Shown: piece after piece, positions 28,401-37,977 of the stretch
Layout: each line of letters begins with the position of its first letter
How positions within the stretch are numbered: position 1 is the first letter of the stretch
Source: a virus
Lineage: Duplodnaviria; Caudoviricetes
DNA: 64,000 bases
Strand: one strand, 5' to 3'
Virus record (IMG/VR): IMGVR_UViG_3300048796_000029
Span: 1 to 64,000 of that record
Made by a program: the position numbers and the translations under genes
Notes under the pieces: generated by a model
What the model saw: only the letters and a program-made list of their open reading frames with translations
Databases searched by the model: none
Told to the model about the DNA's origin: nothing

Positions 28401-29321
28401 CTGGTTCCGACGACGAGTGGTCTGATGGTCTTCACCGTCTCGGATGTGTACTTGATCCAAGGCAACGGGACTTCGGCCAGTCCGATTCAAAGCGGCATCC
28501 CACTCATGAGTGGCGTAGGCTTGTTGAGCTACAATGCTCTCGATGTGAACGGCTCCATCATCGGGTTCTTCACGACTGACAACCAGTTCGTGATCCTCGA
28601 TCCTTCGTCCGGTGTGGACTACGCAGCATTCCCAATCGGTGACCAGCTTCGCCTGAACAACGGCAATCCGGGTCAGAGTTGGAACGCAGCGAACGTCTAT
28701 GTCGCATGGCACGTCTCTGGTGAAGATCAGGGATGGTACATCTGTGACGGAGCGAACGGATGGTATCGTCTCATGCCAACGCCCGCACCTGAGTCCGGCT
28801 ACACATGGTCTCCGTTTGCGACAATTGTGGGGGGTGCAGGAACAGTGCAGTCTCTTGAAGTATCACCGGGTCAGCATAGTTTACTAATCGGGCCAACAGG
28901 TACAGGGTCTATTTTGAAGCGCGACCTATCAACATGGCAAGACAACGGTAACGTGTACCCGGCTAACGCAGTGGTTGGATCAGCCGTTCTAGCGCAGCCG
29001 GGGCAAATAGCAGTGGTTAGCTTTGTTACTGCTGACTCTGTTCGGGTCGGTACGCCCATGCTCCTTGGGGTTATATTTGACGAGGCTTTGCCTTATTATA
29101 CCGGCCCTTTTGACACCATAGCTGAGTGGGTTGCTGATCCTCCTGAGTCTAAACCATACCCTAGCAAATCGTTTTATCCTCAGAGATTTTACATGTCTGA
29201 AGATGTAACTGAAGCTGCTGCATGTAGGTCTATGCAGATAAGGGTTAGTTGGAACGAAGAAAATGCTCAAAATGAGTTGTTGACCCTGACCGTTTACGGG
29301 GCATTCGCTCAGGAGTCTTAG
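25440..29321 (+). CDS. Large tail/head-closure structural protein with inserted carbohydrate-binding (PA14-like) region
   Basis: 1293 aa; GQYTFTNVHHDGVIWGIG...GIYPIEIDF resembles PA14; repeated DG.V.W motifs. Confidence 0.65.
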   Translation: MPNSISLNGGQAQKATRFAPIYTGRWSSGLWTNRSPLRDANTTRLVEKFYGPSGDALIAGSNVEVTNRLTLARRPGNSVYDPNSWNAPDRFYSFRMFGNSTEKIDVMVDQATALYSLYNGVSSLVWTKSTGAGQSYMQSVGNSLYFGNGQDNKKWLQSLQIWQAGAKWNTPSTPYFSTFLIDTNGNIQQLTGTAIPISTIQVTSAVVTVTSSATLTSVLAVGDNVTFPTTGMTATFLEGLTVAVTGVSGSTFTFNLAYANYGPTADTGTIETLDGTPASGATVPTWSTVVPAAGNDYQGGITLDGTVQWTNRGNPIENWGIANDAKAITPTVGTSNVSWQANTFYSLPGVIIDSNGNLQQVTVAGTSSAGPVTWATSVGNTTVDGGVHWKMIQTAASMVWTPHTAYTPSVALQLTSVANNSGGHTVYTGIITGGASNAFSGTTFVISGFTNGVNNGTYLCSASTATTLTLVNALGTVETNLGSATTEGTYIIASAGGTNCLFQLAPAVNPTVSGSVSAYLYSGPTSGPVGCFILTNPTSTGSALASTTTENSFSFGATALGTGAAIQWNVLNGAGEVTSTNDPFPAYTANYQLIILGSLNIPVAGQYTFTNVHHDGVIWGIGSTATKVSGTLDNPIGQTITAAQGYPVMSGTNRGLGGGSEWTDTLTVNFPTAGIYPIEIDFSYWYHSGLQMILTCNGFPIANGAPESGTNPPAWPVWSTSFAPSYPKVTETNGQFTWINLGPATDFSWLPETNFTLPDTPIIDTNGFTEYPYRTGVSGTTAPTFQTGINQLTLDNPNLIWINTGTAAVAPTGTLSTFNGGWQYGVALVNTLDNTVSNMSPLSAATGNFIGVNGISIPAGAGLPPLADIDPQSDYVAIFRTTDGQSTPFLIPGVNTTYTLPLSVYLQSGYTDTTPDTGLNNLIQGAAAGENTPPALGAINLTYHLNRIFFSIGNTVYWTSGPNTPVGNGVNGVSPLNYDNFPSLVKRLVPTTSGLMVFTVSDVYLIQGNGTSASPIQSGIPLMSGVGLLSYNALDVNGSIIGFFTTDNQFVILDPSSGVDYAAFPIGDQLRLNNGNPGQSWNAANVYVAWHVSGEDQGWYICDGANGWYRLMPTPAPESGYTWSPFATIVGGAGTVQSLEVSPGQHSLLIGPTGTGSILKRDLSTWQDNGNVYPANAVVGSAVLAQPGQIAVVSFVTADSVRVGTPMLLGVIFDEALPYYTGPFDTIAEWVADPPESKPYPSKSFYPQRFYMSEDVTEAAACRSMQIRVSWNEENAQNELLTLTVYGAFAQES

Positions 29322-29323
29322 TC

Positions 29324-29755
29324 ATGCCGAAGCAGTTGAAGTGCCGAAGAGGACATGATAGGACTCCAGAAAACCTAACCAAAGCTGGGTCATGCCGCGA
29401 GTGTAAGAAGATGACACAAGCGGCATGGCTCAAGACTGAGGCGGGTAAAAAGCACATGCGTAGAGGACGCGCAAAGTGGCGAGAACGAAACCCAAACTAC
29501 CATCGTGATAAAGGTTTGAAGGTTCAATATGACCTGACCTATGAACAAGTCATGCAAAAGGTAGAAGAGCAAGGCGGTGGTTGCGCCATCTGCCACTGTG
29601 CTATGGTGCGACCAAACGTCGATCACGACCACAAGACAGGAAAAATTCGAGGCATACTTTGTCCCCAGTGCAACATGGGCATAGGAAACCTAAAGGATTC
29701 ACCTGAAGTTTTGGACAAGGCTGCGGCGTACCTTCGTAGTCACAAAGGAGCTTGA
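29324..29755 (+). CDS. Endonuclease VII-like HNH endonuclease
   Basis: CAIC...VDHDHKTGKIRGILCPQCNMGIG. Confidence 0.88.
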   Translation: MPKQLKCRRGHDRTPENLTKAGSCRECKKMTQAAWLKTEAGKKHMRRGRAKWRERNPNYHRDKGLKVQYDLTYEQVMQKVEEQGGGCAICHCAMVRPNVDHDHKTGKIRGILCPQCNMGIGNLKDSPEVLDKAAAYLRSHKGA

Positions 29756-29756
29756 C

Positions 29757-30455
29757 ATGCCATCGCTTAGTGACGCTTTGAAAACAGACCTGAGCAACTA
29801 CGACCCGGCTGAGTCCGTGTCGCGTATAAATGCGGCTGTCCCTAACGTGGACAGCCAGCCTATTCGTGGGACAATGATGCGCTGTCCGCTACCACCCTTG
29901 TTTCAACCATCACCAGACTCACTTCGTAGTTACTACCTCAAGGGGCAGGTTCCTCAGTTTCGCATTTTCACACCACCTACCCAACCAACCAACGGTGGAA
30001 CCACAACTACCAACGTATTCGCCGCGAGTGGTGGCAGTGGCGGCAGTGGCGGTGGAAGCTCCTCGGTGCCTATAACAGCCTCTATCGCCACTGTGAAGAC
30101 AGGCGTGTTGAGTCCGGGCCAAAGCTACACTGGCACCGTATCAATCTCAAAGTCGTTTCAGCTTCTCAGCCTTAGCGCCAGCGGCGCGATCCGCTTCGAG
30201 CTTTACGGAACCGCCGTCGCGCAGACCTCAGACGCAGGACGCGCCCTCGACGTTCCTCCAGCCGCAGGCACTACGCAGAACATTATCTGCGATGTCGCGC
30301 TCGACACAGCACCCTACCAATGGGTGTACCAGAACCGGGTCGGAGCCAACGGCGACTCGCCTCAAGTAGGCACCGCGTACGTCACGGTCACCAACCTTGG
30401 CACGAGCAGCGTTGCGATGACAGCTACGCTCACCTACGTCGGACTGGAGTCTTAG
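29757..30455 (+). CDS. Structural hypothetical protein
   Basis: AAGGAG RBS; within the tail operon. Confidence 0.65.
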   Translation: MPSLSDALKTDLSNYDPAESVSRINAAVPNVDSQPIRGTMMRCPLPPLFQPSPDSLRSYYLKGQVPQFRIFTPPTQPTNGGTTTTNVFAASGGSGGSGGGSSSVPITASIATVKTGVLSPGQSYTGTVSISKSFQLLSLSASGAIRFELYGTAVAQTSDAGRALDVPPAAGTTQNIICDVALDTAPYQWVYQNRVGANGDSPQVGTAYVTVTNLGTSSVAMTATLTYVGLES

Positions 30456-30456
30456 A

Positions 30457-30735
30457 ATGGCTAATCGAGAAATAGTAGGCATTGCTGCCGGAATATACCC
30501 GCTTATCGGAGACGTGGTTAGCACCGCAGGTAGCCCCCGCGTGGTTGTGGACGGGTTACAGACTGTCCCGGTATCGAGTAGTTTTCCGGGTAATGCCAAC
30601 AACCTTCAGTATAACGCCAACACGAATCAGTGGACTCCAACTGCCATCGCATGTGTCGCGGTGGATGGGGTAGTTGTTTCCTACGATTACATGATTGCCG
30701 TGAACGCGACCAACCCGCCTATTGCAGTGAGCTAA
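30457..30735 (+). CDS. Small structural hypothetical protein
   Basis: Tight operon spacing. Confidence 0.6.
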   Translation: MANREIVGIAAGIYPLIGDVVSTAGSPRVVVDGLQTVPVSSSFPGNANNLQYNANTNQWTPTAIACVAVDGVVVSYDYMIAVNATNPPIAVS

Positions 30736-30744
30736 AGGAGCAAA

Positions 30745-31158
30745 GTGATAACACTAAACAGCACGACCCCCGCCGCACCGACGGGCGGTTATAATGTACA
30801 GTTTCAGCAAGACTCGTCCGGTAACGTATCCGCGTACACCGGATCAGCAGCTAATCCCCCCGTAACTACGGCCCCGGTCGCCGGGGTGCTCACCATCAAC
30901 GCGGCAACCGGAGACAAGCAAAAGATAAACGTCAACGCGGCTATCACGTCCATTGTGGTGAACAATCCTACGGATGGTCAGGTCATAACTCTCTTCTGGG
31001 TGCAGGACGGAACAGGCCATGCGATTACGCTGCCTGCATTCTTCCTTGGAGTGACTGCACCAAGCACCACAGCGAACAAGCACAGCATCCAGCAGATTTA
31101 CTACAACGCCGCCGACACTAATTGGTACGGCGTAGCGGCTGGTCAGGTAGGTTTGTAA
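30745..31158 (+). CDS. Small structural hypothetical protein
   Basis: AAGGAG RBS before GTG. Confidence 0.6.
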   Translation: MITLNSTTPAAPTGGYNVQFQQDSSGNVSAYTGSAANPPVTTAPVAGVLTINAATGDKQKINVNAAITSIVVNNPTDGQVITLFWVQDGTGHAITLPAFFLGVTAPSTTANKHSIQQIYYNAADTNWYGVAAGQVGL

Positions 31159-31661
31159 TGAGTATACCTGTAAACATCAACGGTATACATCAGTTGACTC
31201 TGAACTTTTCAGGTACCACAACAGCAACCACTTCAGCCGGAGTGACAACCATCAATAACACCCCGGCCCAGCAGATTGAGCTTGAGGTCAACGGTACTCC
31301 GAATGGTTCCCAGTCGCTTTTGAATCTAGCTTCTGGGGCTAACATAACACTTACAGACGGAGGTACCGGAACCGTGACAATAGCTGCCAGCGGTGGAAGT
31401 GGCTCGGCTTATACTGTGGCTTTGATCGGCTCAACTTTACCTCCCGGTACTATAGAATATGGTACTACTGCTATTGCAGCTTCGGCTGGTTCCACTTTGA
31501 TAGCAAGCCTTTACGACCCAACCTCGCCGGGGGCGAATGAACTTTTGTCCCCTTTCGCTTATAACCAAAACGGTCTTATTGGTTGGTCAGTGGCGAATAT
31601 ATCCTATACGACAGTTACCTTATTGTCAAGTACGGTTCTGAATATAAGAGTATTTGTGTAA
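31158..31661 (+). CDS. Structural hypothetical protein (AT-rich)
   Basis: TAATG coupling at 31156-31160. Confidence 0.6.
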   Translation: MSIPVNINGIHQLTLNFSGTTTATTSAGVTTINNTPAQQIELEVNGTPNGSQSLLNLASGANITLTDGGTGTVTIAASGGSGSAYTVALIGSTLPPGTIEYGTTAIAASAGSTLIASLYDPTSPGANELLSPFAYNQNGLIGWSVANISYTTVTLLSSTVLNIRVFV

Positions 31662-31671
31662 GGAGAGCAGA

Positions 31672-32055
31672 ATGGTAACAGATCGTTTCCTTGAACACCG
31701 AGACTTGCCGATTCTGGAAAAGAGTCTCGCGCATGACGTACACCATCAGGGCACACCGCCCGAGTTCTTCACCCAAGAGGGTAGCCTGACTAAAGTCTAC
31801 GAGGACGCGGAGGGTGTCATACTCTTTGCTCGTGCAAGTAAGGCTATAAGATTGGATTTACAGTACGTCTCGAACGAGGACACACGCCGCAACATGAAGG
31901 CCATGTTGACTGGGTTTGATGAGTTGGCGAAAAGAGCCAAGGAGAATGGCTTTTTGGAAATCATATTTACCAGCAACTCACCGATGATGCGAAAGTTTTG
32001 CGTTCGTCGTTTTGGGTTCATCGAGGAGCAGAACGAGTTGAGAAAGCACCTATGA
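31672..32055 (+). CDS. GNAT-like hypothetical protein
   Basis: AAGGAG RBS; C-terminal ...RKFCVRRFGF resembles an acetyltransferase fold; sits before ejection genes. Confidence 0.4.
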   Translation: MVTDRFLEHRDLPILEKSLAHDVHHQGTPPEFFTQEGSLTKVYEDAEGVILFARASKAIRLDLQYVSNEDTRRNMKAMLTGFDELAKRAKENGFLEIIFTSNSPMMRKFCVRRFGFIEEQNELRKHL

Positions 32056-32819
32056 CACCGAGAGGCAAAATGAAAATATACACACGAGCACAATACGAAT
32101 GGCACGATGACGTGCTCGTAATGGTTGATGCAGATTTCTTTGAGTACGAAGGAGAAGTGGAAGCAGCGTGCGGGGCGACAGGAGCACAAACCCAGCTTGC
32201 AACGCAGCAGACTTCGGCGTATACTACACTCACGAACCAAGCATCATCCCAGTTCGGGCAGGCGTCGGGCGTCTTCAACGATCTCGTTAGCTCCTTCGCC
32301 CCTATCGTGGCAGCCGGGCCGAATCAACAGGGATTCAGTCCTGCCGAAGTGAGCGCGATGAACTCGCAGGCCATCACCAGCGCCGGGCAGGGATACCGGA
32401 ACGCGAAGGCGGCGGTCGGTAATGCGGAGTCTGCGGTCGGCGGCGGCAACACTGGCGACACGAGCGGCGGCGCTACCGTGGGCGAGAACCTCAGCCTTGC
32501 GGAGAACGCTGCAAACCAGACCTCCAGCGAGTTGAACAACATCACGCAGCAGAATTACGCGACCGGGCGTCAAAACTACTTTAGCGCGGCCTCTGGGCTG
32601 GCGGGCGCACCGAGTGTATTCGGTACAGCTAACCAAGCGGGTTCCGTAGCCACAGGCGCGGGCGAGGCGGCAGAGAAGTCCCAGAACGACGTAGCCTCCC
32701 AAGACAACTCATGGGTCGGCGCAGTCACCGGGGCGCTCGGCAACGTCGCGGGCGTCGCGTCCGGCGCGGCCATCAAGAACCTCGGCAGCGGAGCAACTGG
32801 CGGTAAGAGTACCCCATAG
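32052..32819 (+). CDS. Probable ejection/internal virion protein 1
   Basis: Gly/Ala/Gln/Ser-rich; first of three large coupled genes. Confidence 0.6.
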   Translation: MTPRGKMKIYTRAQYEWHDDVLVMVDADFFEYEGEVEAACGATGAQTQLATQQTSAYTTLTNQASSQFGQASGVFNDLVSSFAPIVAAGPNQQGFSPAEVSAMNSQAITSAGQGYRNAKAAVGNAESAVGGGNTGDTSGGATVGENLSLAENAANQTSSELNNITQQNYATGRQNYFSAASGLAGAPSVFGTANQAGSVATGAGEAAEKSQNDVASQDNSWVGAVTGALGNVAGVASGAAIKNLGSGATGGKSTP

Positions 32820-32833
32820 GGATAAGGAGTAAC

Positions 32834-35359
32834 ATGGCAGATACACCGAACACCGCGCATACTGGCGCACCGATTCCTGATGCACAAGCTGGCACCAGCG
32901 CAGTTCAGCTAGACCAGTCTCAGGTACAGCCGACTCCTAATGCGATGGAAGAGGATCAGTCTCAGAAGGGGCCAGTCGCATCCCCGGATGGAAAGATTCC
33001 ACCCGTTCAGCAGAACGTGGATGTCACCAACAACTCTCAGCAGATGCCTACTGAGAACGCGGACACCAGCAACCTCGGACTAAACCCCGATGACCCCAAG
33101 AACAAGATGCAGCAGACGCCTGCATACCAGACACCATCGCAGCACCCTGCGGTTCAGAAGGCATCCCTCCTGAACGAGATTGCTACGACTCTGGCGGGCG
33201 GCCCGCGCTACTCGACCACCATCGACCCGAACACAGGCACGGTGACTCGCACCAAGGTTCCCTTGTCCACCAAGCAACTCGGTATGGCAATCGCTCTCGA
33301 AGCTCTGTCCGGCGCTATCACTGGCGCGGCACAGCACGGGCCGAATCATGTAGAGGCAGCGGCGGCAGCAGGCTACCAGCAGGGCCAGCAGGAATCTCAG
33401 CAGGTTCAGCAGGCCAACCAAGCGAACGAGGATCAGGCCAAGAACGACTACGCGACCAAGGCCATGATTGCGCACACGAACTTCCAGACGTATCAGAACG
33501 CCGTCACCCTCGGCAAGTTGGAGTACGATGCCAACCATGAACAGGATGCGGCTCACGCACCGATGATCGACGCGCTCCGCAACCAAGGCGGATTGCTCGA
33601 CGAAGGTCTGCGGGGCAACGTCGCCGATCTTGCGAAGAAGTACAACGTCGGCCAAGACCTGTTCATCCGGCAGAACACCGTGCCACGACTCGACCCAACT
33701 ACGGGCCAGCAGGCGAAAGACCCGGAGACGGGACGACTCCTGTGGGATGGTGAGTACGCACTCATCGACCCGAAGGCGAAGATCAGTGTGCCGGACGAGA
33801 CGCTCAAGTATTTGGCAGATCATCACGTCCAAGGCTTCTACCGCATGGACGAGAACGGCAAGTCTGTTCCGATCAACCTGCCAACGAATACGCAGATGCG
33901 GGCAGTCGTCGCGGCCAACGCGATGTCAGCAGCCTCGGCTATTCAGGTGGGCGATCACGCGATGACCGGGCAGCTTGCGCAGCTAAAGGACGGCGACAAG
34001 TTCGTCTCTGAGTTCCACAAGAACTATGAGGACGCCTACAACACCGTCGATCCTTCGGCACTCAAGGTGTTCTCGCGTTACGCGGCAGTCCCTCTCGACC
34101 AGCTTCAAGCGGTGATGATAAAGGACAAGGTTGACCCGGATACTCGCGGTCAAATCATGTCCCTCATTCCGACTGGTGCTGTTGAAGCCTCCCAAAAGGT
34201 TGCCGACCAGAAGAAGGCAGACGCGGCTACAGCAGCGGCAGTTGAGAGAGAAAAAGCTATCGCTCCTATCAAGGAGGGAGAGCATCGCGCCGATGTGAAC
34301 GCTAATGCCGGTGCAGCCGGTGCAACGGAAACCGCTCGTTTGAATGCCGAGATTGCAGTGCGAACTGCACACGGGTTGTCGCCGCTTCCGGGCGGCGCTG
34401 CCGCAGGCGCTATGGGCACAGAGAACATGACCCACCCAGAGCTTGCGCAGTACGCGGAGGATGACAAGAACTACAACACGCCGGACGGAACCAACCAAGC
34501 GTTCCTTCAGGCCATGATGAAGATCGACCCCGAACGCGCCCGCACTATTCAGGCGTATGCGAAGGGTATGGATCGTCAGTCGTTCTACGCTGCGGCCAAG
34601 GCATACGGCGGCGGATTCAATGCCGATCTCCACACGTACGATCCTTCGTACAATGTGAGCGACGTTGACAAGTATTTCCAAGCGCAGAAGGAACTCGGTC
34701 TTGGCGGCAAGCAGCAGAAGACGAACGCGGCATTCAACACCGCTGTCCAGCACATTGCCAAGTTGCACGACAGCATCGGAATCGGCTCGACGGTAGGAAT
34801 GAGCGGTGCGTTCAAGAACCATTTGAACAACGCCGCAACCGAACAGGCCAGCTTCTACGCCAATGGCAACAAGCCGAACGAGCCTGAAATAGCGCACAAC
34901 CGCGACATGTACAACTCGCTCAACCCCATCGTGTCTATCAGCGCTACCAAGTCCTCTCTGGAGGACATGATGGATAAGCAGGTTGCGAACTATGACTCGA
35001 TGGACGCGTCTCTGCCGAAGGGCGTACGGCGTCCATTCTTCATGTCGCAACAGGCGGCACAGGACTACACACGAGTCACTGGCAAGCAAGTTGACAACCG
35101 TCTGGTTTACCATCCACCGGACGGCTCTACCCCGACGTACAACAACACCGGGGTGGTCGTCGCATACACGCTTCCAAACGGTCAGCACGTAAACGCGTTC
35201 GGACAGGGTGCCAACGACTTCGGTCAGAACGCTGCCGCCACGAACGGCAACGGCGGGCCGGGTGCTCCGCACGTCATCCCAGCAGGCGCTCAACCCGCCA
35301 TGCGCAACGGTGTGACGGTCGGCTACCGCGATGCCAAGGGCAACGTCACGATGTTCTAA
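32834..35359 (+). CDS. Probable ejection/internal virion protein 2
   Basis: 841 aa, Ala/Gln-rich; synteny. Confidence 0.55.
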   Translation: MADTPNTAHTGAPIPDAQAGTSAVQLDQSQVQPTPNAMEEDQSQKGPVASPDGKIPPVQQNVDVTNNSQQMPTENADTSNLGLNPDDPKNKMQQTPAYQTPSQHPAVQKASLLNEIATTLAGGPRYSTTIDPNTGTVTRTKVPLSTKQLGMAIALEALSGAITGAAQHGPNHVEAAAAAGYQQGQQESQQVQQANQANEDQAKNDYATKAMIAHTNFQTYQNAVTLGKLEYDANHEQDAAHAPMIDALRNQGGLLDEGLRGNVADLAKKYNVGQDLFIRQNTVPRLDPTTGQQAKDPETGRLLWDGEYALIDPKAKISVPDETLKYLADHHVQGFYRMDENGKSVPINLPTNTQMRAVVAANAMSAASAIQVGDHAMTGQLAQLKDGDKFVSEFHKNYEDAYNTVDPSALKVFSRYAAVPLDQLQAVMIKDKVDPDTRGQIMSLIPTGAVEASQKVADQKKADAATAAAVEREKAIAPIKEGEHRADVNANAGAAGATETARLNAEIAVRTAHGLSPLPGGAAAGAMGTENMTHPELAQYAEDDKNYNTPDGTNQAFLQAMMKIDPERARTIQAYAKGMDRQSFYAAAKAYGGGFNADLHTYDPSYNVSDVDKYFQAQKELGLGGKQQKTNAAFNTAVQHIAKLHDSIGIGSTVGMSGAFKNHLNNAATEQASFYANGNKPNEPEIAHNRDMYNSLNPIVSISATKSSLEDMMDKQVANYDSMDASLPKGVRRPFFMSQQAAQDYTRVTGKQVDNRLVYHPPDGSTPTYNNTGVVVAYTLPNGQHVNAFGQGANDFGQNAAATNGNGGPGAPHVIPAGAQPAMRNGVTVGYRDAKGNVTMF

Positions 35360-35369
35360 GAGGTAACAG

Positions 35370-37445
35370 ATGCTAACACCAAACAACATGGGAAACGCCC
35401 CTGACAATCAGGGGCTAACCTTCGGGCCTGCCGTTCAGCAGGACACTCACGTCGGCGGCCAGCCTGCCGGTGGGAGTCAACCTTCCGGTGGCGGCCAGCC
35501 TGATACCAGTGGCCTGACCTTCGGTGAAGCTGTCCCGCACGACACTCAGGTATCCCAGCCGGATCAGCCGGGCTTCCTTAGCCGCGCCTACGAGACCAGT
35601 GGTCTGAAGGGTATCGTCGATCTCGGCAAAGCCACGGTGCAGCGTCCTATCGACCTCTACCATCAGGCCGTCGAAGCCGCCCAAAAGGGTGACTGGAAGA
35701 CTGCCTCGGAAGCGGCCAACCACCTTCTCTCCATGCCGGTGACAGCCGGACTCGACGACAAGGACAGCCCGCTGCGCAAGGCGGCTACCGCCATCATCAT
35801 GCAGCCGGTGAATGCCGTCGCGGATGAGTTCAAGAACCAGCGCAAGCAGGGACAAGGCAAGGTGCAGGCAGCCGTAAGCACCGCCCAGAACCTCCTCGAC
35901 CCGGCCACACGGGTCATGAATGCCGTCCACACGGCGGCTCCACGCGTCAAGGCTGACATCGCCAGTGGCAACTACGCGGGCGCTGCGGGCGATGTCGTCG
36001 GCGCGGCGACCGAGAACAACGCTGTCGGCGCAGTGCCTCTCCTCGGAAGTGCTGTACAACAGGTTGGTGGAAACCTTGACCAAGACCTTCACGCGCACAA
36101 CTACGGTGCCGTGCTCGGAGACGTGACCGGCCCGCTGGCGACAATAGGTGTAGGCAAGCTCCTTGGCGCTCTGGGACTCGGTGGTGAGGAAGCGGGCGCG
36201 GCAGGTACGGCGGCGGACACGACGGGCGTGAAACCCCCTCCAGTGCCCGGCGAAGTCACCCCTAACGCCAACATCCCCGGTGTCGCACCCGGTACGACCA
36301 ACGTGGCCGGGCAGGAGATTCCTGTCTCGACCAACAACCCAACTCTGGCAGCCGGTCAGGGCGCAGCCTCTAAAGTGCTCTCCTCGGTAGCGTCAAAGGA
36401 AGGCGCAGCCAACTTCGTCAAGAATGAGGTAGCGCCAGCGGCGGCCAAGGCCGTACCGAAGGCGTTCACTCAGTCGGCACTCGATGTGGCAGCTAACCTG
36501 CGAAACATTCGTGGGGATGCTCCTCTGACTCCCGGCACCGCGCCGAAGCTCTACTCCATCGACGACATCGCCAAGTACATGAAGCAGGAGGCCAAGGGCA
36601 CCTACTCCAAACTCGACGAGGCCGCCAAGTCTGACATTCAGGACTGGGACGACAAGTACGGGGACGCAGCGCCGCAAGACCCGAAGACTATCGAGGGTGA
36701 AGGCCCAGAGATACCGGAGCGCCCCAAGTCTTTCACGCAGCTTCAAGATCGGGTTCGCAATGCCAAGGCTACGGCCAACAGCAAGTTTGCAAGTCAGGTC
36801 GATAAGGAGGCGGCGCAAGAGGCTATTCCAAAGTATCAGAAAGAGATGGACGACTTCCTCGAAAACCACAGTGATGTGGTCAACGATGGAGAGCTTGAGG
36901 CGGCCAATAAGGTTCACGCTCAGGGTCTTCGGTACGAGTACATAGCGGATCGTTTGCGCGGTGCGTTCCGAGGAACAACAGGCGGAACCACAACGGCGGG
37001 GCAGCCAACCACGGTCTCCGTGGGGCCATTGCAGCGGCTTGAGAGTCAGTTCGATGTCAAGTACCAGCCCGGCGCGTTCAAGAAGCTCCTCGGCCCTGAT
37101 GGGTACCGGAACTACAACGAAGTCCTCAACACGATGGCTTCGCCGAAGGTCGGCAGTGCGTTCATGGACTGGCTCAACCAAATCCCTCTGAACCTCGGCA
37201 AGGTCGGCACGATCCCGGTATCGAAGATCGCCGATCATCTCCTGTTCAACCCAGAGGCCGGGCAGGCAGCCATCAAGCTGTTCAAGGCCGGTCAGAAGGC
37301 GACGAGCGCAGCAAAGGACGCGGTGAAAGCCACAGCCCGAGTTGCAGCCCCCGCCGCCACAGCAGCGCCCGCAGTCGGCCCAACTCTCCAACAGCAACAG
37401 CAGTCGGTGATGAGTGGCGCAACACAGAACCTCAGCGGAAAATAA
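35370..37445 (+). CDS. Probable ejection/internal virion protein 3
   Basis: 691 aa, Ala/Gly-rich with a hydrophobic Gly segment; followed by a hairpin. Confidence 0.55.
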   Translation: MLTPNNMGNAPDNQGLTFGPAVQQDTHVGGQPAGGSQPSGGGQPDTSGLTFGEAVPHDTQVSQPDQPGFLSRAYETSGLKGIVDLGKATVQRPIDLYHQAVEAAQKGDWKTASEAANHLLSMPVTAGLDDKDSPLRKAATAIIMQPVNAVADEFKNQRKQGQGKVQAAVSTAQNLLDPATRVMNAVHTAAPRVKADIASGNYAGAAGDVVGAATENNAVGAVPLLGSAVQQVGGNLDQDLHAHNYGAVLGDVTGPLATIGVGKLLGALGLGGEEAGAAGTAADTTGVKPPPVPGEVTPNANIPGVAPGTTNVAGQEIPVSTNNPTLAAGQGAASKVLSSVASKEGAANFVKNEVAPAAAKAVPKAFTQSALDVAANLRNIRGDAPLTPGTAPKLYSIDDIAKYMKQEAKGTYSKLDEAAKSDIQDWDDKYGDAAPQDPKTIEGEGPEIPERPKSFTQLQDRVRNAKATANSKFASQVDKEAAQEAIPKYQKEMDDFLENHSDVVNDGELEAANKVHAQGLRYEYIADRLRGAFRGTTGGTTTAGQPTTVSVGPLQRLESQFDVKYQPGAFKKLLGPDGYRNYNEVLNTMASPKVGSAFMDWLNQIPLNLGKVGTIPVSKIADHLLFNPEAGQAAIKLFKAGQKATSAAKDAVKATARVAAPAATAAPAVGPTLQQQQQSVMSGATQNLSGK

Positions 37446-37474
37446 CGTAGTGGGCAGCGGGCTTGGATAGCCTG

Positions 37475-37504
37475 TTGCCCACCTATCGTCGTCTGTGGTA
37501 TAAT
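37475..37504 (+). promoter_or_regulatory. sigma70-type promoter
   Basis: TTGCCC-18 nt-TATAAT with TGTGG before the -10. Confidence 0.6.
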
Positions 37505-37535
37505 GGGGGAGTATGTTTAAAAAAGGAGGCTCACA

Positions 37536-37967
37536 ATTTTACGTCAGGATGACTACTTCAAGGGTAAGCTAGTAGATGTGATGCAGTCGCATGGTGCAGT
37601 GTACGGGGGTCATCTCGCCGGGTGTATGATAGGCTCAATTATAGCCAACCGCGTGCGTAAGGGATGGGGAAACTGGCTAGAGGTTATAGACCGCATCCCG
37701 CGCTTTGCTGCCATCAAGGAGATGCCAGTAGTTATGCCCGAGGTTTGGTCTCCCCTCTTTGTAAAGTTTTTACACGAGGTCGATGCGATCTACGACGGAT
37801 CGAAAAACTACGCCAGCTTCAAGACGCAGGACGGCACACCTGTCGATGCACTTTATTGGTGCGACTCCAGATTCATAGAGACCGACTACTTCCGCGATAA
37901 GATAATCGGGCAGCCGGACATACATAAACGCATCGGAGACATGAACACATTACTCCTGTATTCTTAG
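37536..37967 (+). CDS. Cell-wall hydrolase (SleB/Hydrolase_2)-like protein; start uncertain (ATT 37536 or GTG 37578)
   Basis: IGSIIANRVRKGW...GALYW-like DALYW...IGDMNTL; AGGAGG sits 6 nt before ATT. Confidence 0.5.
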   Translation: MLRQDDYFKGKLVDVMQSHGAVYGGHLAGCMIGSIIANRVRKGWGNWLEVIDRIPRFAAIKEMPVVMPEVWSPLFVKFLHEVDAIYDGSKNYASFKTQDGTPVDALYWCDSRFIETDYFRDKIIGQPDIHKRIGDMNTLLLYS

Positions 37968-37977
37968 AAAGGGCACC

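Noticed and set aside
33983-37397. Long antisense ORFs (e.g. 33983-35407, 36393-37397, 15919-16827, 19239-20213, 59125-60000)
   Set aside because: Shadow frames opposite GC-rich, well-supported genes; no RBS or recognisable motifs.
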